Shown here: positions 19,820 through 30,919 of the stretch, piece after piece
Position numbering within the stretch: position 1 is the stretch's first letter
Layout: each line of letters begins with the position of its first letter
NCBI GenBank assembly: GCA_965216465.1
Contig: CBDCFW010000004.1
Location: 32,001-96,000, forward strand
DNA length: 64,000 nucleotides
Reading direction: 5' to 3'
From: Bacteroidia bacterium
GTDB taxonomy: Bacteria > Bacteroidota > Bacteroidia > NS11-12g > UBA9320
Made by a program: the position numbers and the translations under genes
The notes under the pieces: generated by a model
What the model saw: only the letters and a program-made list of their open reading frames with translations
Told to the model about the DNA's origin: nothing
The model's database searches: none

Positions 19820-21273
19820 AAACACTAGAAGAAATATTGCCAGTTCTTAATCCACTTAAAGTGGTAGGCTCGGAAGATGTAACTGTTTCGGGAATGACCT
19901 TAGATTCTCGTGAAGTGAAGCCTGGTTATTTGTTCGCTGCAATAAAAGGCAGTGCAACGGATGGCCATTTATACATTTCAAAAGCTGAAAATCTTGGGGC
20001 GACTGTAGTGCTTTGCGAAAAAATTGACGAAGTATCTGAAGGCGTTACTTATGTTGTTGTAAATGATGCTGCAGAAGCTCTTGGCTTGCTTGCTTCAGTA
20101 TTCTACGACTTTCCTTCCCAAAAATTAAAACTGGTAGGAGTTACGGGAACCAATGGTAAAACTTCAATTGCAACGATGTTGTATGAGTGTTTTATGAAGC
20201 TTGGACACAGTTGCGGACTGTTATCTACAATAAAATATTCTATAAACGGAGAGGATACTGTTTCTACACACACTACGCCAAACAGTGTTCGTATAAATGA
20301 ATTGCTTGCCAAAATGGTTGATGAAGGATGTGAGTATGCCTTCATGGAAGTTAGCTCACACGCGCTGCACCAAAGCAGAACTGCAGGATTGCAATTCGAC
20401 GGTGCGGTATTTACCAATATTACTCACGACCATCTTGATTATCACACCGATTTCAGAGAATACCTCTACACTAAAAAGTTACTGTTTGATGGCTTGAAGT
20501 CAGATGCTTTTGCATTGGTAAATAAAGATGATAAAAATGGCCAAGTGATGCTTCAAAACACTAAGGCTACAAAGTATAGCTATAGTCTTAAATCTGTAAG
20601 TGATTTCAAAACACGAGTGATTGAAAGCGATTTCAATGGAATGCTTCTTGATTTAAGAGGAAGTGAAGTTTGGTTGAGGTTAGTAGGCCAGTTTAACGCA
20701 TACAATGTGTTGGCGGTGTACAGTGTGGCATTCTTGTTAGATGAAGAGCACATGGACATTATAACCGCTCTAAGTGCCATTGAACCCGTAGACGGAAGAT
20801 TTCAAAATATTAAAGAATCGGGAGTAACAGCCATTGTTGATTATGCCCACACTCCAGATGCACTTCAAAATGTATTAGACACTATCAATGCAATCCGTAC
20901 CAAAAATGAGCAACTGATTACTGTAGTAGGATGTGGTGGCGATCGCGATAAAGAGAAGCGACCAATCATGGCGCGCATAGCTTCTGAGCACTCTACTCGA
21001 GTAGTAATCACTTCTGACAATCCTAGGTCAGAAGAGCCTTCAGAAATCATAAAAGATATGATGGAAGGTGTGGATCCAACGAATTTCAAAAAGGTCTTGC
21101 AAATAGAAAATAGAGAAGAGGCAATTAAGACAGCCATCGCTCTAAGTAACCCAGGAGATGTAATTCTGGTTGCGGGAAAAGGCCACGAAACGTACCAAGA
21201 AATTAAAGGAGAGCGATTTCCTTTCGATGATAAACAAATACTAATCAAAAACTTAAAACTGCTTAAAAACTAA
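19816..21273 (+). CDS. murE: UDP-MurNAc-L-Ala-D-Glu--meso-DAP ligase
   Basis: '[10 protein letters not shown]', 'MEVSSH', 'DHLDYH', 'DYAHTPDAL', DAP-specific 'DNPR'. Confidence 0.97.
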   Translation: MKTLEEILPVLNPLKVVGSEDVTVSGMTLDSREVKPGYLFAAIKGSATDGHLYISKAENLGATVVLCEKIDEVSEGVTYVVVNDAAEALGLLASVFYDFPSQKLKLVGVTGTNGKTSIATMLYECFMKLGHSCGLLSTIKYSINGEDTVSTHTTPNSVRINELLAKMVDEGCEYAFMEVSSHALHQSRTAGLQFDGAVFTNITHDHLDYHTDFREYLYTKKLLFDGLKSDAFALVNKDDKNGQVMLQNTKATKYSYSLKSVSDFKTRVIESDFNGMLLDLRGSEVWLRLVGQFNAYNVLAVYSVAFLLDEEHMDIITALSAIEPVDGRFQNIKESGVTAIVDYAHTPDALQNVLDTINAIRTKNEQLITVVGCGGDRDKEKRPIMARIASEHSTRVVITSDNPRSEEPSEIIKDMMEGVDPTNFKKVLQIENREEAIKTAIALSNPGDVILVAGKGHETYQEIKGERFPFDDKQILIKNLKLLKN

Positions 21274-22523
21274 TGCTGTACCACTTATTTGAATATCTAC
21301 AAAGTGCATACGACTTTCCAGGAGCTGGAGTGTTTCAATACATTTCGTTCAGAGCGTCGATGGCTGTAATCTTATCGTTGGTTATTTCTCTTCTGTTTGG
21401 TAAGAGGCTGATTGAAATGTTGAGAAGAAGACAAGCAGCTGAAACCATCCGACAACTAGGACTAGAAGGTGAAAATGCCAAAAAAGGAACTCCTACAATG
21501 GGAGGTCTAATCATCTTGGCAGCTATACTTATTCCTACTCTTCTTTTTGCCAGACTTGATAATGTTTACGTATTGCTAATGATTTTCAGTACCATCTGGC
21601 TCGGACTTATTGGCTTTGTTGATGACTACATCAAAGTTTACAAGAAGGATAAAGGAGGTCTTGCTGGTAAGTTTAAAGTATTAGGCCAAATCGGTATTGG
21701 GGTTGTAGTGGCTCTTGTTCTTCACCTTAATGATGATGTTGTTGTTAGGGAGCAGTTTAAAATTAGCTCTGTTGACGAGGCTCCAGCAGGAGTAGAAGTT
21801 AAAGAAGTAAACGGACAGCTGTTTTATACTGAAGATGTTAAAAGCACAACTACTACAATTCCATTTGTAAAAACGCATGAAGTAGACTACTCAAAATTAC
21901 TGTTTTGGATGGACGATGAAAACGCTAACAAATATGCGTGGTTGGTGTTCATGTTCGTGGCCATATTCGTAATTACTGCAGTATCCAACGGTGCAAATCT
22001 GACGGATGGAATTGATGGGCTTGCAGCCGGAAGTTCTGCAATAATTGGAGTTACGCTAGCAGCTTTGGCCTTCATTAGTGGTAACATCATCTTCTCAGAT
22101 TACTTGAATATCATGTTTATTCCCTACCAAGGTGAGCTGGTAATTTTTGCAGCTGCATTTACGGGTGCATGTATCGGATTCCTTTGGTACAACAGTTATC
22201 CTGCTCAAGTATTTATGGGTGATACGGGTAGCTTAGCTCTTGGAGGAACCATTGCAGTTCTAGCTTTAATGATTCGTAAAGAATTGTTGCTACCGATCTT
22301 GTGTGGAATCTTCTTGGTAGAAAACCTCAGTGTTGTACTTCAGGTAAGCTACTTTAAATACACTAAAAAGAAATTTGGTGAAGGGAGACGAATCTTTAAA
22401 ATGTCTCCGCTTCATCACCATTATCAAAAACTAGGATATGCCGAGCCAAAAATCGTAACGCGATTCTGGATTGTAGGCATCATGCTAGCAATTCTAACCA
22501 TAGTAACCTTCAAACTAAGATAA
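21273..22523 (+). CDS. mraY: Phospho-N-acetylmuramoyl-pentapeptide transferase
   Basis: 'GTPTMGG', 'DDYIK', 'NLTDGIDGL', 'FMGDTGSL', 'PLHHHY'. Confidence 0.97.
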   Translation: MLYHLFEYLQSAYDFPGAGVFQYISFRASMAVILSLVISLLFGKRLIEMLRRRQAAETIRQLGLEGENAKKGTPTMGGLIILAAILIPTLLFARLDNVYVLLMIFSTIWLGLIGFVDDYIKVYKKDKGGLAGKFKVLGQIGIGVVVALVLHLNDDVVVREQFKISSVDEAPAGVEVKEVNGQLFYTEDVKSTTTTIPFVKTHEVDYSKLLFWMDDENANKYAWLVFMFVAIFVITAVSNGANLTDGIDGLAAGSSAIIGVTLAALAFISGNIIFSDYLNIMFIPYQGELVIFAAAFTGACIGFLWYNSYPAQVFMGDTGSLALGGTIAVLALMIRKELLLPILCGIFLVENLSVVLQVSYFKYTKKKFGEGRRIFKMSPLHHHYQKLGYAEPKIVTRFWIVGIMLAILTIVTFKLR

Positions 22524-23867
22524 TTGAGCAAGCTGATTTCCATATTAGGTGCTGGTGAGAGTGGTGTAGGTTCTGCCATCTTAGCAAAGAAGCAAGGCTT
22601 CGATGTCTGGGTGTCTGACTACGGCACGATTAAAGATCAGTATAAGGCCGAAATGGATAGCTATGCTATTGCGTATGAAGAAGGTACGCACTCTGAAGAC
22701 AAAATTTTAACGTCTTCTGTAATCATCAAAAGTCCTGGAATTGCAGACAGCATACCTTTATTGAAAAAGGCATACGCTGCAAATATTTCAGTGGTAGGTG
22801 AAATTGAATTTGCGTCAAATTACACCGATGCTGTTTTGATAGGAATTACAGGCACAAACGGCAAGACAACTACTACAATGCTAACGCATCATATCCTTAA
22901 GCAAGCAGGATTAAATGTAGGACTTGCAGGCAATGTGGGGTACAGTTTTGCAAAACAAGTGGCTGAACAAAACCACGACTATTATGTACTTGAGCTCAGC
23001 AGCTACCAGTTAGATGGAATGCATACTGTAGCACTCGATTACGCAGTATTGTTAAATATATCTCCTGATCACCTCGACAGATATGAATCGTATGACCACT
23101 ACATTCAATCGAAGTTCAGAATTAACCAAAATCAAACGGCTGAGCACAAGTTCATTTACTGTGCAGATGATGCCGCAATAACTGAATACTTAAATAATCA
23201 TAAATCACCTGCTCAGCAGATTCCTTTTACGATGAGCGATACACCGCTTGAAGAAGGAGCATGGGCAAGTGAGGATACTATAACTATTAACTTAATTAAA
23301 CCAAAAGCACAATTTATTATGTCAATTAACCAATTAACAATTGCTGGCAAGCACAACACTTACAATTCAATGGCTGCAGCTATCATCGCGAACTCTTTGC
23401 TGATTCGAAAAGAATCAATTCGTGAAAGCTTATCTGATTTCAGAAATGTCGAACACCGATTAGAATTCGTTTCTAAAGTTAAAGGCATCAGCTTTATCAA
23501 CGATAGCAAAGCGACCAATGTAAATGCGGCATGGTATGCACTCGAAAGTGCTCAAAAACCAATTATCTGGATCGCGGGTGGTGTAGATAAAGGAAACGAC
23601 TATGAAGCCCTTAAACCATTGGTGAAAGACAAGGTTCGCATCATTGTATGTTTGGGTGTAAACAACATGAAGTTACATCAAGCATTTAGAAAAGATGTTG
23701 ATATGATGATTAATGCAAGCAGTGCTCAAGAAGCTGTAGAATTGGCTTACGGACTTGGTGTAAAAGGTGAAACAGTTCTGCTTTCTCCAGCGTGTGCAAG
23801 TTTTGATCTTTTTGAGAACTATCAAGATAGAGGAAATCAATTTAAACGTGCGGTTCGTTCACTGTGA
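22524..23867 (+). CDS. murD: UDP-MurNAc-L-Ala--D-Glu ligase
   Basis: 'GITGTNGKTTT', 'ELSSYQL', 'DHLDRY', 'NDSKATN', 'SPACASFD'. Confidence 0.97.
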   Translation: MSKLISILGAGESGVGSAILAKKQGFDVWVSDYGTIKDQYKAEMDSYAIAYEEGTHSEDKILTSSVIIKSPGIADSIPLLKKAYAANISVVGEIEFASNYTDAVLIGITGTNGKTTTTMLTHHILKQAGLNVGLAGNVGYSFAKQVAEQNHDYYVLELSSYQLDGMHTVALDYAVLLNISPDHLDRYESYDHYIQSKFRINQNQTAEHKFIYCADDAAITEYLNNHKSPAQQIPFTMSDTPLEEGAWASEDTITINLIKPKAQFIMSINQLTIAGKHNTYNSMAAAIIANSLLIRKESIRESLSDFRNVEHRLEFVSKVKGISFINDSKATNVNAAWYALESAQKPIIWIAGGVDKGNDYEALKPLVKDKVRIIVCLGVNNMKLHQAFRKDVDMMINASSAQEAVELAYGLGVKGETVLLSPACASFDLFENYQDRGNQFKRAVRSL

Positions 23868-25015
23868 GAGAATGGATCAATAAATATCTTAAAGGTGATC
23901 CAGTAATCTGGTTCATTGTATTTGCCTTGTCGGTTTTTGGCATCTTGGCTGTGTATTCTTCTACAGGTACGTTGGCCTACCAAGAAAGAGGAGGAAATAC
24001 AGAATATTACCTGATTAAACACGTAGCTCTCTTAATCTTCGGATTGTTTACCATGTGGCTCACGCATTTAATCAATATAAAATACTTCTCGCGAATAAGT
24101 CAGCTCATGATAATTGCAGTGGTCCCAGCATTAATTTATACTTTAGCTTTTGGGGTAGAAATTAATGATGCTCGCCGTTGGGTGGGAGTTATGGGGTTAA
24201 CTGTGCAAACTTCAGATTTTGCCAAGCTAGCACTTATAATTTACGTTGCTCGATTTATGGCCAAACGGCAAGGAGAAGTTCATAATTTTAAAAAGACATT
24301 ACTTCCTGCTTTAGGGGTAATCTTGCTCATATGCATATTGATTTTTCCTGAAGATTTTTCAACTTCGGCCGTGCTCTTTTTAACCAGCATGCTAGTTTTA
24401 TTTATTGGAAGAATCCCGCTTAAGCAATTAGGCGTATTGGTAGGTATTGGTGTTTTAGTGTTTGGCAGTTTAATAGCTGTTGTCTGGAATACCGATGTTC
24501 AATTTGGTCGTGTTGCGACTATGAAAAGCAGGATAGAAGCCTTTTCACAAGGAAGTGACGATGGAGGAACTTATCAAAGTAGACAAGCAAAGATTGCTGT
24601 TGCTCGTGGTGGATTTACAGGCCAAGGACCAGGAAACAGTCGTCAAAAGAATTTTTTACCATCGCCTTTTGCGGACTTTATTTATGCCATAATAATCGAA
24701 GAGTATGGTTCTATTTTAGGTGGGGTCATGCTCATTGTGTTGTATCTATTGTTGCTGTACCGAGCCTTTGCCATAGTGTTGAAAACAGAAAATCCTTTAG
24801 CCGCATTAATGGCCATTGGACTAGCCTTTAGCTTGGTAGTTCAAGCATTCATTAATATGGGCGTTGCTGTAAATATTTTACCCGTAACCGGGCTAGCATT
24901 GCCTATTGTGAGTAGAGGAGGTACATCAATACTGTTTACGAGCATTGCGTTTGGTATAATTCTTAGTGCAAGTAGAACCATTTATCAAGAAAGAGAAGAT
25001 GCAGAAAAAGTATAA
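23864..25015 (+). CDS. ftsW: SEDS-family peptidoglycan polymerase FtsW
   Basis: Multi-TM; 'ARRW', 'DFIYAIIIEEYG', 'PVTGLALPIVSRGGTS'; dcw context. Confidence 0.93.
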   Translation: MREWINKYLKGDPVIWFIVFALSVFGILAVYSSTGTLAYQERGGNTEYYLIKHVALLIFGLFTMWLTHLINIKYFSRISQLMIIAVVPALIYTLAFGVEINDARRWVGVMGLTVQTSDFAKLALIIYVARFMAKRQGEVHNFKKTLLPALGVILLICILIFPEDFSTSAVLFLTSMLVLFIGRIPLKQLGVLVGIGVLVFGSLIAVVWNTDVQFGRVATMKSRIEAFSQGSDDGGTYQSRQAKIAVARGGFTGQGPGNSRQKNFLPSPFADFIYAIIIEEYGSILGGVMLIVLYLLLLYRAFAIVLKTENPLAALMAIGLAFSLVVQAFINMGVAVNILPVTGLALPIVSRGGTSILFTSIAFGIILSASRTIYQEREDAEKV

Positions 25016-26087
25016 AGTACTAATCTCGGGTGGAGGTACAGGTGGACATATTTTTCCAGCTATTGCAATTGCCAACGAGATTATGGCTCAATATCCTGGA
25101 AGTGAAATAGAGTTTGTGGGTGCTCAAGGAAGAATGGAAATGGAAAAAGTTCCTGCGGCAGGTTATAAAATCCATGGACTTTGGATATCTGGATTACAGA
25201 GAAGACTAACGCCAAAGAATCTTAGTTTGCCATTTAAAGTGCTTTCAAGCTTAATGAAATCTAGGAAAATTATTAAGCAATTTAAACCAGATTTCACAGT
25301 AGGTGTTGGAGGATATGCAAGTGGTCCTCTAAACTACATGGCAAGTAGAATGGGAGTGCCCGTATTCTTACAAGAGCAAAACTCATTTCCTGGAATCACC
25401 AATAAACTGCTGAAAACGAAAGCACAAAAAATATGTGTAGCGTACGATGGAATGGAGCGATTCTTCCCAGAAAATAAAATTGTAATCACCGGAAACCCAA
25501 TTCGTCAAGATATTTTAGATTCCTCACAAAATAGACAAGAAGCTTTAAAACACTTCGGATTGGAGGATGGCAAGAAAACGGTATTGATAGTGGGAGGAAG
25601 TTTAGGAGCTAGAACCATAAATGAGGCTATTGAAGCAAATCTTGAAAAATTAAACTCTTTTGGTATTCAACTATTGTGGCAAACAGGAAAGAATTATGAA
25701 GGAGAGAAAGGGAATTTCCCGTGGGGAAACCGTACGACATTTATAAAAGAAATGGCAAAAGCTTATAGTGTTGCTGACGTTGTGGTTAGTAGAGCAGGGG
25801 CTATGTCTGTTTCTGAGTTATCTGCCTTGGGTAAAGCGGTAGTTTTTGTGCCGTCTCCATTTGTCGCCGAAGACCATCAAACAAAAAATGCCATGAGCTT
25901 GGTTGACAAAAAAGCAGCCTTGCTTTGTAAAGACAGTGCGGCAAAATCGAATATCGGTGATCTAATTCTATCGCTTATATCAGATGAAAATGAATTGAAC
26001 CGATTGATGTCAGAAATCAAGAAGCTAGGTAAGCCAAATGCAGCCAAAACAATTGTCGATGAAATTGTAAAAGCAATTGAGAATTAA
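24999..26087 (+). CDS. murG: Lipid II GlcNAc transferase
   Basis: 'GGGTGGHIFPA', 'GGYASGP', 'EQNSFPG', 'GGSLGA', 'SRAGA'. Start taken as MQKKY at 24999. Confidence 0.96.
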   Translation: MQKKYKVLISGGGTGGHIFPAIAIANEIMAQYPGSEIEFVGAQGRMEMEKVPAAGYKIHGLWISGLQRRLTPKNLSLPFKVLSSLMKSRKIIKQFKPDFTVGVGGYASGPLNYMASRMGVPVFLQEQNSFPGITNKLLKTKAQKICVAYDGMERFFPENKIVITGNPIRQDILDSSQNRQEALKHFGLEDGKKTVLIVGGSLGARTINEAIEANLEKLNSFGIQLLWQTGKNYEGEKGNFPWGNRTTFIKEMAKAYSVADVVVSRAGAMSVSELSALGKAVVFVPSPFVAEDHQTKNAMSLVDKKAALLCKDSAAKSNIGDLILSLISDENELNRLMSEIKKLGKPNAAKTIVDEIVKAIEN

Positions 26088-27453
26088 TATTCGACATATC
26101 TACTTTGTTGGTATCGGTGGCATCGGTATGAGCTCACTTGCACGTTATTTTAATGAAAATGGCGATGTTTCAGTTTGGGGCTACGACAAGACGCCTTCAG
26201 CACTTACCAAGCAACTGAATAAAGAAGGAATACCTATAAGCTTTGTCGACAGTGAGGATCAAATTCCAGCGGAAATAATTGAATGCAAAACCGATAGCTT
26301 AATTGTTTACACCCCAGCAATCCCTAGTGATAATAAGGTGTTAAACTATTTTAAGAAGCACAGTTTTGATTTAAAGAAGCGTTCGGAAGTGCTTGGCCTA
26401 ATTACATCTGAAACTGTAAATTTAAGTGTTGCCGGAACACATGGAAAAACAACAACCTCTTCGATGGTCGCTACAATTTTGCAACATTCAAATGTTCAAT
26501 TCTCGGCATTTCTCGGTGGAATAAGTACCAATTTAGGCAGCAATTATTTCTACCAAAAAGGAAATGGTGATACGCATTACAGTATTACTGAAGCAGATGA
26601 ATTTGATCGTTCATTCTTGCATCTTGAGCCAGATTATGCAGTGGTAACATCTACCGACGCAGATCATCTAGACATATATGGAACCAAAGAGGACATGCAA
26701 GAAACTTATAAAGAGTTTGCGGCATTAGTTGAAGACAATAACAAATTATTTTTTGCCAAAAATAAGGCACAGGGCATAATAGGAAAATCGTATTCGGCTT
26801 ACGAAAACGATTGCGACTACTATGCTAAGATTACCTATAAGAGTGGACGAGGAAGCCACTTCTCGATATATAAAAGAAATGGAGAAGTAGAGATAGAAGA
26901 TTTGTATCTCAATATTCCAGGACTGCACAACGTAGAAAATGCAATTGGAGCAACGCTTATGACATTGAAAGCTGGTGTCGAGCTAGATGCTGTTCGAGCA
27001 GGTTTGAAGAATTTTGCTGGAATTAAGCGTCGATTCGAGTATGTAATCGTTCGAGAAGATTTTGTATACATCGATGATTATGCTCACCATCCAAGTGAAT
27101 TGAAAGCAATAATTTCCTCTGTACGTGACCTCTATCCAAACCGAAAAATAACTGCAATATTTCAACCACACCTATTCTCGAGAACTGCTGATTTTATGGA
27201 TGAATTTGCAAACGAGTTAGACCAAGCGGATGAAGTGATTTTGCTTCCTATTTATCCTGCTCGCGAGCTACCTATGGAAGGAGTAACATCGAATGCCCTT
27301 CTTTCTAAATTAAGCTTGACCGAGTCAAGTTTAGTTGAGAAGACTGAACTGATCAGTACACTAAAAGAGAAAGACTTAGAAGTGTTGCTAACACTTGGTG
27401 CCGGAGATATCGATCGACTTGTTGAACCTATAAAAGAGAGTTATGGCAATTAA
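26077..27453 (+). CDS. murC: UDP-MurNAc--L-alanine ligase
   Basis: 'FVGIGGIGMS', 'AGTHGKTTT', 'EADEFDRSF', 'DDYAHHP'. Confidence 0.97.
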   Translation: MRINIRHIYFVGIGGIGMSSLARYFNENGDVSVWGYDKTPSALTKQLNKEGIPISFVDSEDQIPAEIIECKTDSLIVYTPAIPSDNKVLNYFKKHSFDLKKRSEVLGLITSETVNLSVAGTHGKTTTSSMVATILQHSNVQFSAFLGGISTNLGSNYFYQKGNGDTHYSITEADEFDRSFLHLEPDYAVVTSTDADHLDIYGTKEDMQETYKEFAALVEDNNKLFFAKNKAQGIIGKSYSAYENDCDYYAKITYKSGRGSHFSIYKRNGEVEIEDLYLNIPGLHNVENAIGATLMTLKAGVELDAVRAGLKNFAGIKRRFEYVIVREDFVYIDDYAHHPSELKAIISSVRDLYPNRKITAIFQPHLFSRTADFMDEFANELDQADEVILLPIYPARELPMEGVTSNALLSKLSLTESSLVEKTELISTLKEKDLEVLLTLGAGDIDRLVEPIKESYGN

Positions 27454-28180
27454 AATGAATCCATATATCAGGAAATCGTTGTACGTAGTTTCGTTGGGTC
27501 TTTTAATAACGCTGTTTGTAGTTTTAAGTAATCGTCAGCAAGACGAACATTGCACGGCAATCGAAATTGAAATTGATGCTCCATTGGAAAAGCAATTGTT
27601 GAGTGATGCTATAATTCAAGACAAGCTCGATTTGTGGTATAGTAATGGGCTGTCAGGGGTACAACGAAGCAGCATCAACTTAATGGAAGTAGAAGATAAG
27701 ATTGAAACGCTTCCTGCAGTCAAAAATGCAGAAGTGAGTCTTGACTTAAATGGAGTACTGTCGATAGAAGTAGAACAGCGTATACCTCTTGTGCGAATAA
27801 TTCCAGAGAGTGGAAACTCTTTTTATCTGGATGCGTCGTACACCAAAATTCCGGATCAAGACATTGAAGTTGCCCGAGTTCCAATTGCAAATGGTAGGTT
27901 TTCTGAGGCAATGATTAAGAAAGTATACACCCTATCCACGTATGTGCAAGAAAATGCCTTCATCAAAGCCCTTACAGAACAAATATTTGTAAATACGAAA
28001 GGTGATTTGGTAATAATCCCAAAAATTAAGAATCAACAGATCATCATCGGCGATACCACCGATGTTCCGGAGAAGTTTCAAAAACTTATTGATTTTTATA
28101 ACGAAGGACTAAATAAAATTGGCTGGGATAGTTACCGCACAATAAATTTAAAATATAAGGATCAAGTAGTTTGTAATTAG
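27443..28180 (+). CDS. ftsQ: Cell division protein FtsQ/DivIB
   Basis: TM helix, POTRA-like region and C-terminal 'INLKYKDQVVC'; between murC and ftsA. Confidence 0.82.
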   Translation: MAIKMNPYIRKSLYVVSLGLLITLFVVLSNRQQDEHCTAIEIEIDAPLEKQLLSDAIIQDKLDLWYSNGLSGVQRSSINLMEVEDKIETLPAVKNAEVSLDLNGVLSIEVEQRIPLVRIIPESGNSFYLDASYTKIPDQDIEVARVPIANGRFSEAMIKKVYTLSTYVQENAFIKALTEQIFVNTKGDLVIIPKIKNQQIIIGDTTDVPEKFQKLIDFYNEGLNKIGWDSYRTINLKYKDQVVCN

Positions 28181-28183
28181 AAA

Positions 28184-29461
28184 ATGGAAGAATCAAAAGA
28201 AAAAATTATCGTTGGATTAGACATTGGTACAACCAAGGTGTGTGCTATTGTGGGGAGAGCAAATGAGTTTGGTAAGGTCGATATCTTAGGAATGGGTAAG
28301 GTAGCAGCACATGGTGGTGTTACTCGAGGCGTTGTTTCAAACATTGATAAGACTGTAGCGGCAATTCAACAGGCAATTTTAGAGGCTTCTGAAAAATCAA
28401 ACGTAGATATCAATAAGGTTCAAGTTGGGATTGCAGGAGCTCACATTAATAGCTTACAGCATCGCGGAATGATTATCCGTAACGATGGAGAATCTGAAAT
28501 TAACAACGAAGATCTAAAGAAATTAGAGAACGATATGTTCAAGCTGGCTGTGAAACCCGGTGATCGTATTATACATGTTCTTCCACAAGATTACACCGTA
28601 GATGACGAGCCTGGCATAGTTGATCCTGCTGGAATGGCTGGCGTAAAGCTTGAAGGAAACTTTCACATCATAACCGGCCAAATTACAGCTGCAAAAAATA
28701 TTTACAAATGTGTTGAGAAATCAGGATTAAAAGTTTCTGAGCTTGCACTTGAACCATTGGCTTCTGCCGAGGCTGTTCTAAGTCCAGAAGAGTTAGAAGC
28801 TGGGGTAGTGCTAGTTGATATTGGTGGTGGTACTACCGATGTGGCAATATTTCATGACAATATTATTCGCCATACAGCCATCATTCCTTATGGAGGCAAC
28901 ATCATTACTGAAGACATCAAAGAAGGATGTAACGTTATGAAGGCGCATGCAGAATTATTAAAAGTAAAATTTGGAAGTGCCTTAGCGAATGAATTGAATG
29001 AGAATGAAATTGTAAGCATCCCTGGTATTAGAGGAAGAGAAGCTCGCGAAATTTCAATCAAAAACCTTTCTAAGATTATTCAAGCTCGAATTGAAGAAAT
29101 TATGGAGTTGGTTTACTACGAGATAAAAGCATCCAACCTAGAAAAAAGACTTGCTGGAGGTATTGTACTTACCGGTGGAGGTTCTCAATTGAAACACATT
29201 GCTCAATTGGCTGAGTTTGTAACAGGACTTGACGCACGCATTGGGTACCCTAATGAGCATCTTGCTAAAGGGATGGTAGAAGAGGTGAAAAGTCCTATTT
29301 ATGCTACCAGTGTTGGTCTTGTATTAAGAGGTCTTGAAGGACATCGTGGGAATATCAACAATAGTGGAGAACAATTTATTCAAACCAAAAAGAAAACAGC
29401 GTTATTTGACCGTATAAAGGACTGGTTAAAAGACGAAGTTGAAGTTGCTGACTTTAAATAA
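28184..29461 (+). CDS. ftsA: Cell division protein FtsA
   Basis: 'GLDIGTTKV', 'VDIGGGTTD', 'VLTGGG'. Confidence 0.97.
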   Translation: MEESKEKIIVGLDIGTTKVCAIVGRANEFGKVDILGMGKVAAHGGVTRGVVSNIDKTVAAIQQAILEASEKSNVDINKVQVGIAGAHINSLQHRGMIIRNDGESEINNEDLKKLENDMFKLAVKPGDRIIHVLPQDYTVDDEPGIVDPAGMAGVKLEGNFHIITGQITAAKNIYKCVEKSGLKVSELALEPLASAEAVLSPEELEAGVVLVDIGGGTTDVAIFHDNIIRHTAIIPYGGNIITEDIKEGCNVMKAHAELLKVKFGSALANELNENEIVSIPGIRGREAREISIKNLSKIIQARIEEIMELVYYEIKASNLEKRLAGGIVLTGGGSQLKHIAQLAEFVTGLDARIGYPNEHLAKGMVEEVKSPIYATSVGLVLRGLEGHRGNINNSGEQFIQTKKKTALFDRIKDWLKDEVEVADFK

Positions 29462-29467
29462 AAAATT

Positions 29468-30850
29468 ATGAGTTTTACCGTAGAATTACCAAAAGACAAA
29501 TCATCAATTATTAAGGTAGTTGGAGTTGGAGGTGGCGGAGGAAACGCCGTGAATCACATGTATCGTGAGGGAATCACTGGTGTAGATTTCTTCATTTGCA
29601 ACACTGATGCTCAGGCGTTAGAAAACAGCCCTATTCCAAATAAAATTCAAATTGGAGACTCACTTACGGAAGGTAGAGGTGCAGGCTCTAATCCTGAAGT
29701 TGGAAGAAAAGCAGCTGAAGAGAACATCAACGATATAATCGAATCTCTTGGCGTGAATACCCAAATGGTGTTTGTAACCGCTGGAATGGGTGGTGGTACC
29801 GGAACAGGTGCTGCACCAGTCATTGCCAAAGCGGCTAAGGATATGGGAATCCTAACTGTAGGAATCATAACGACTCCATTCTCTTTCGAAGGAAACAGAA
29901 GATGTGAGGCAGCTTATCACGGTATCGAAGAAATTCGTGAGAGCGTAGATTCTTTATTGGTGATTTCAAACGACAGAATAAAAGACATTTATGGCAACCT
30001 GCCAATAAGCAAAGCATTTGGTTATGCAGATAATGTTCTTGCAACTGCAGCGAAAGGGATTGCCGAAATTATAACCATTGCTGGTAGTATAAATGTTGAC
30101 TTTGAAGACGTTAAAACTGCAATGAGCGATAGTGGTGCAGCCATCATGGGAATGGGCATGAGTGAAGGTGATGATCGTGCGATGCGTGCAATTACTCAAG
30201 CGTTAAATTCTCCGCTATTAGACGATAGCAAAATTCAAGGTGCTAGCGATCTATTGGTGAACATTTCTTATGGAGATGACGAAGCAACAATGGATGAGTA
30301 TGCAACAATTAACGAATACTTGCAGAATGAAGCTGGAAGAGATGCGACATTGAAATGTGGTCTTTGCTACGATGCTAATTTAGGCAGATCTATTTCTGTT
30401 ACTGTTATTGCTACTGGATTTAACAGATCAGAAAACAGATACAAATTCGAGACCGAGAATGAGGTTGAAAATACAGAAGTTGAGTTTGACTTAGGTGCTG
30501 TTGAAGTGACTGAATCAGAAGTTGAAGAGCAACCAGAAGTTAAAAAGCAAACTACAATTTTTGATAACCTGGAAGGGTTCGAGAATGAAGAGAAATTGTT
30601 AGCCGATAAAAAGATTGAGCAAATGAAGCAACGTATGCGTTACTTGAAAGAGCTTAATGAGAATGCTAATAAAGAGAATGGTTTAGAAGAAATGGAAGGG
30701 GTTCCTGCGTATAAACGTAAAGGAATTAACCTTGATGAAGTTCCTCATTCTTCAGATGTTGAAATCAGCAGAACAAGCTTAATAGAAGAACCAGATAAGA
30801 AACCTGAGCTAAGATCGAATAATTCGTTTTTACACGACAACGTAGATTAA
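29468..30850 (+). CDS. ftsZ: Cell division protein FtsZ
   Basis: 'GVGGGGGNAV', 'GMGGGTGTG', 'NVDFEDV', Bacteroidota C-terminus 'NNSFLHDNVD'. Confidence 0.98.
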   Translation: MSFTVELPKDKSSIIKVVGVGGGGGNAVNHMYREGITGVDFFICNTDAQALENSPIPNKIQIGDSLTEGRGAGSNPEVGRKAAEENINDIIESLGVNTQMVFVTAGMGGGTGTGAAPVIAKAAKDMGILTVGIITTPFSFEGNRRCEAAYHGIEEIRESVDSLLVISNDRIKDIYGNLPISKAFGYADNVLATAAKGIAEIITIAGSINVDFEDVKTAMSDSGAAIMGMGMSEGDDRAMRAITQALNSPLLDDSKIQGASDLLVNISYGDDEATMDEYATINEYLQNEAGRDATLKCGLCYDANLGRSISVTVIATGFNRSENRYKFETENEVENTEVEFDLGAVEVTESEVEEQPEVKKQTTIFDNLEGFENEEKLLADKKIEQMKQRMRYLKELNENANKENGLEEMEGVPAYKRKGINLDEVPHSSDVEISRTSLIEEPDKKPELRSNNSFLHDNVD

Positions 30851-30884
30851 TACCTTAGTCTTTTCATATAAAATTACTTTTTAC

Positions 30885-30916
30885 AAAATCCAGACGCTAA
30901 GTCTGGATTTTTTTTT
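30885..30916 (+). terminator. Intrinsic terminator after ftsZ, possibly bidirectional
   Basis: AAAATCCAGAC-GCTAA-GTCTGGATTTT plus T run, between convergent genes. Confidence 0.9.
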
Positions 30917-30919
30917 GGC

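Noticed and set aside
16084-30850. murF and ddl missing from the dcw cluster
   Set aside because: This is the usual arrangement in Bacteroidota.
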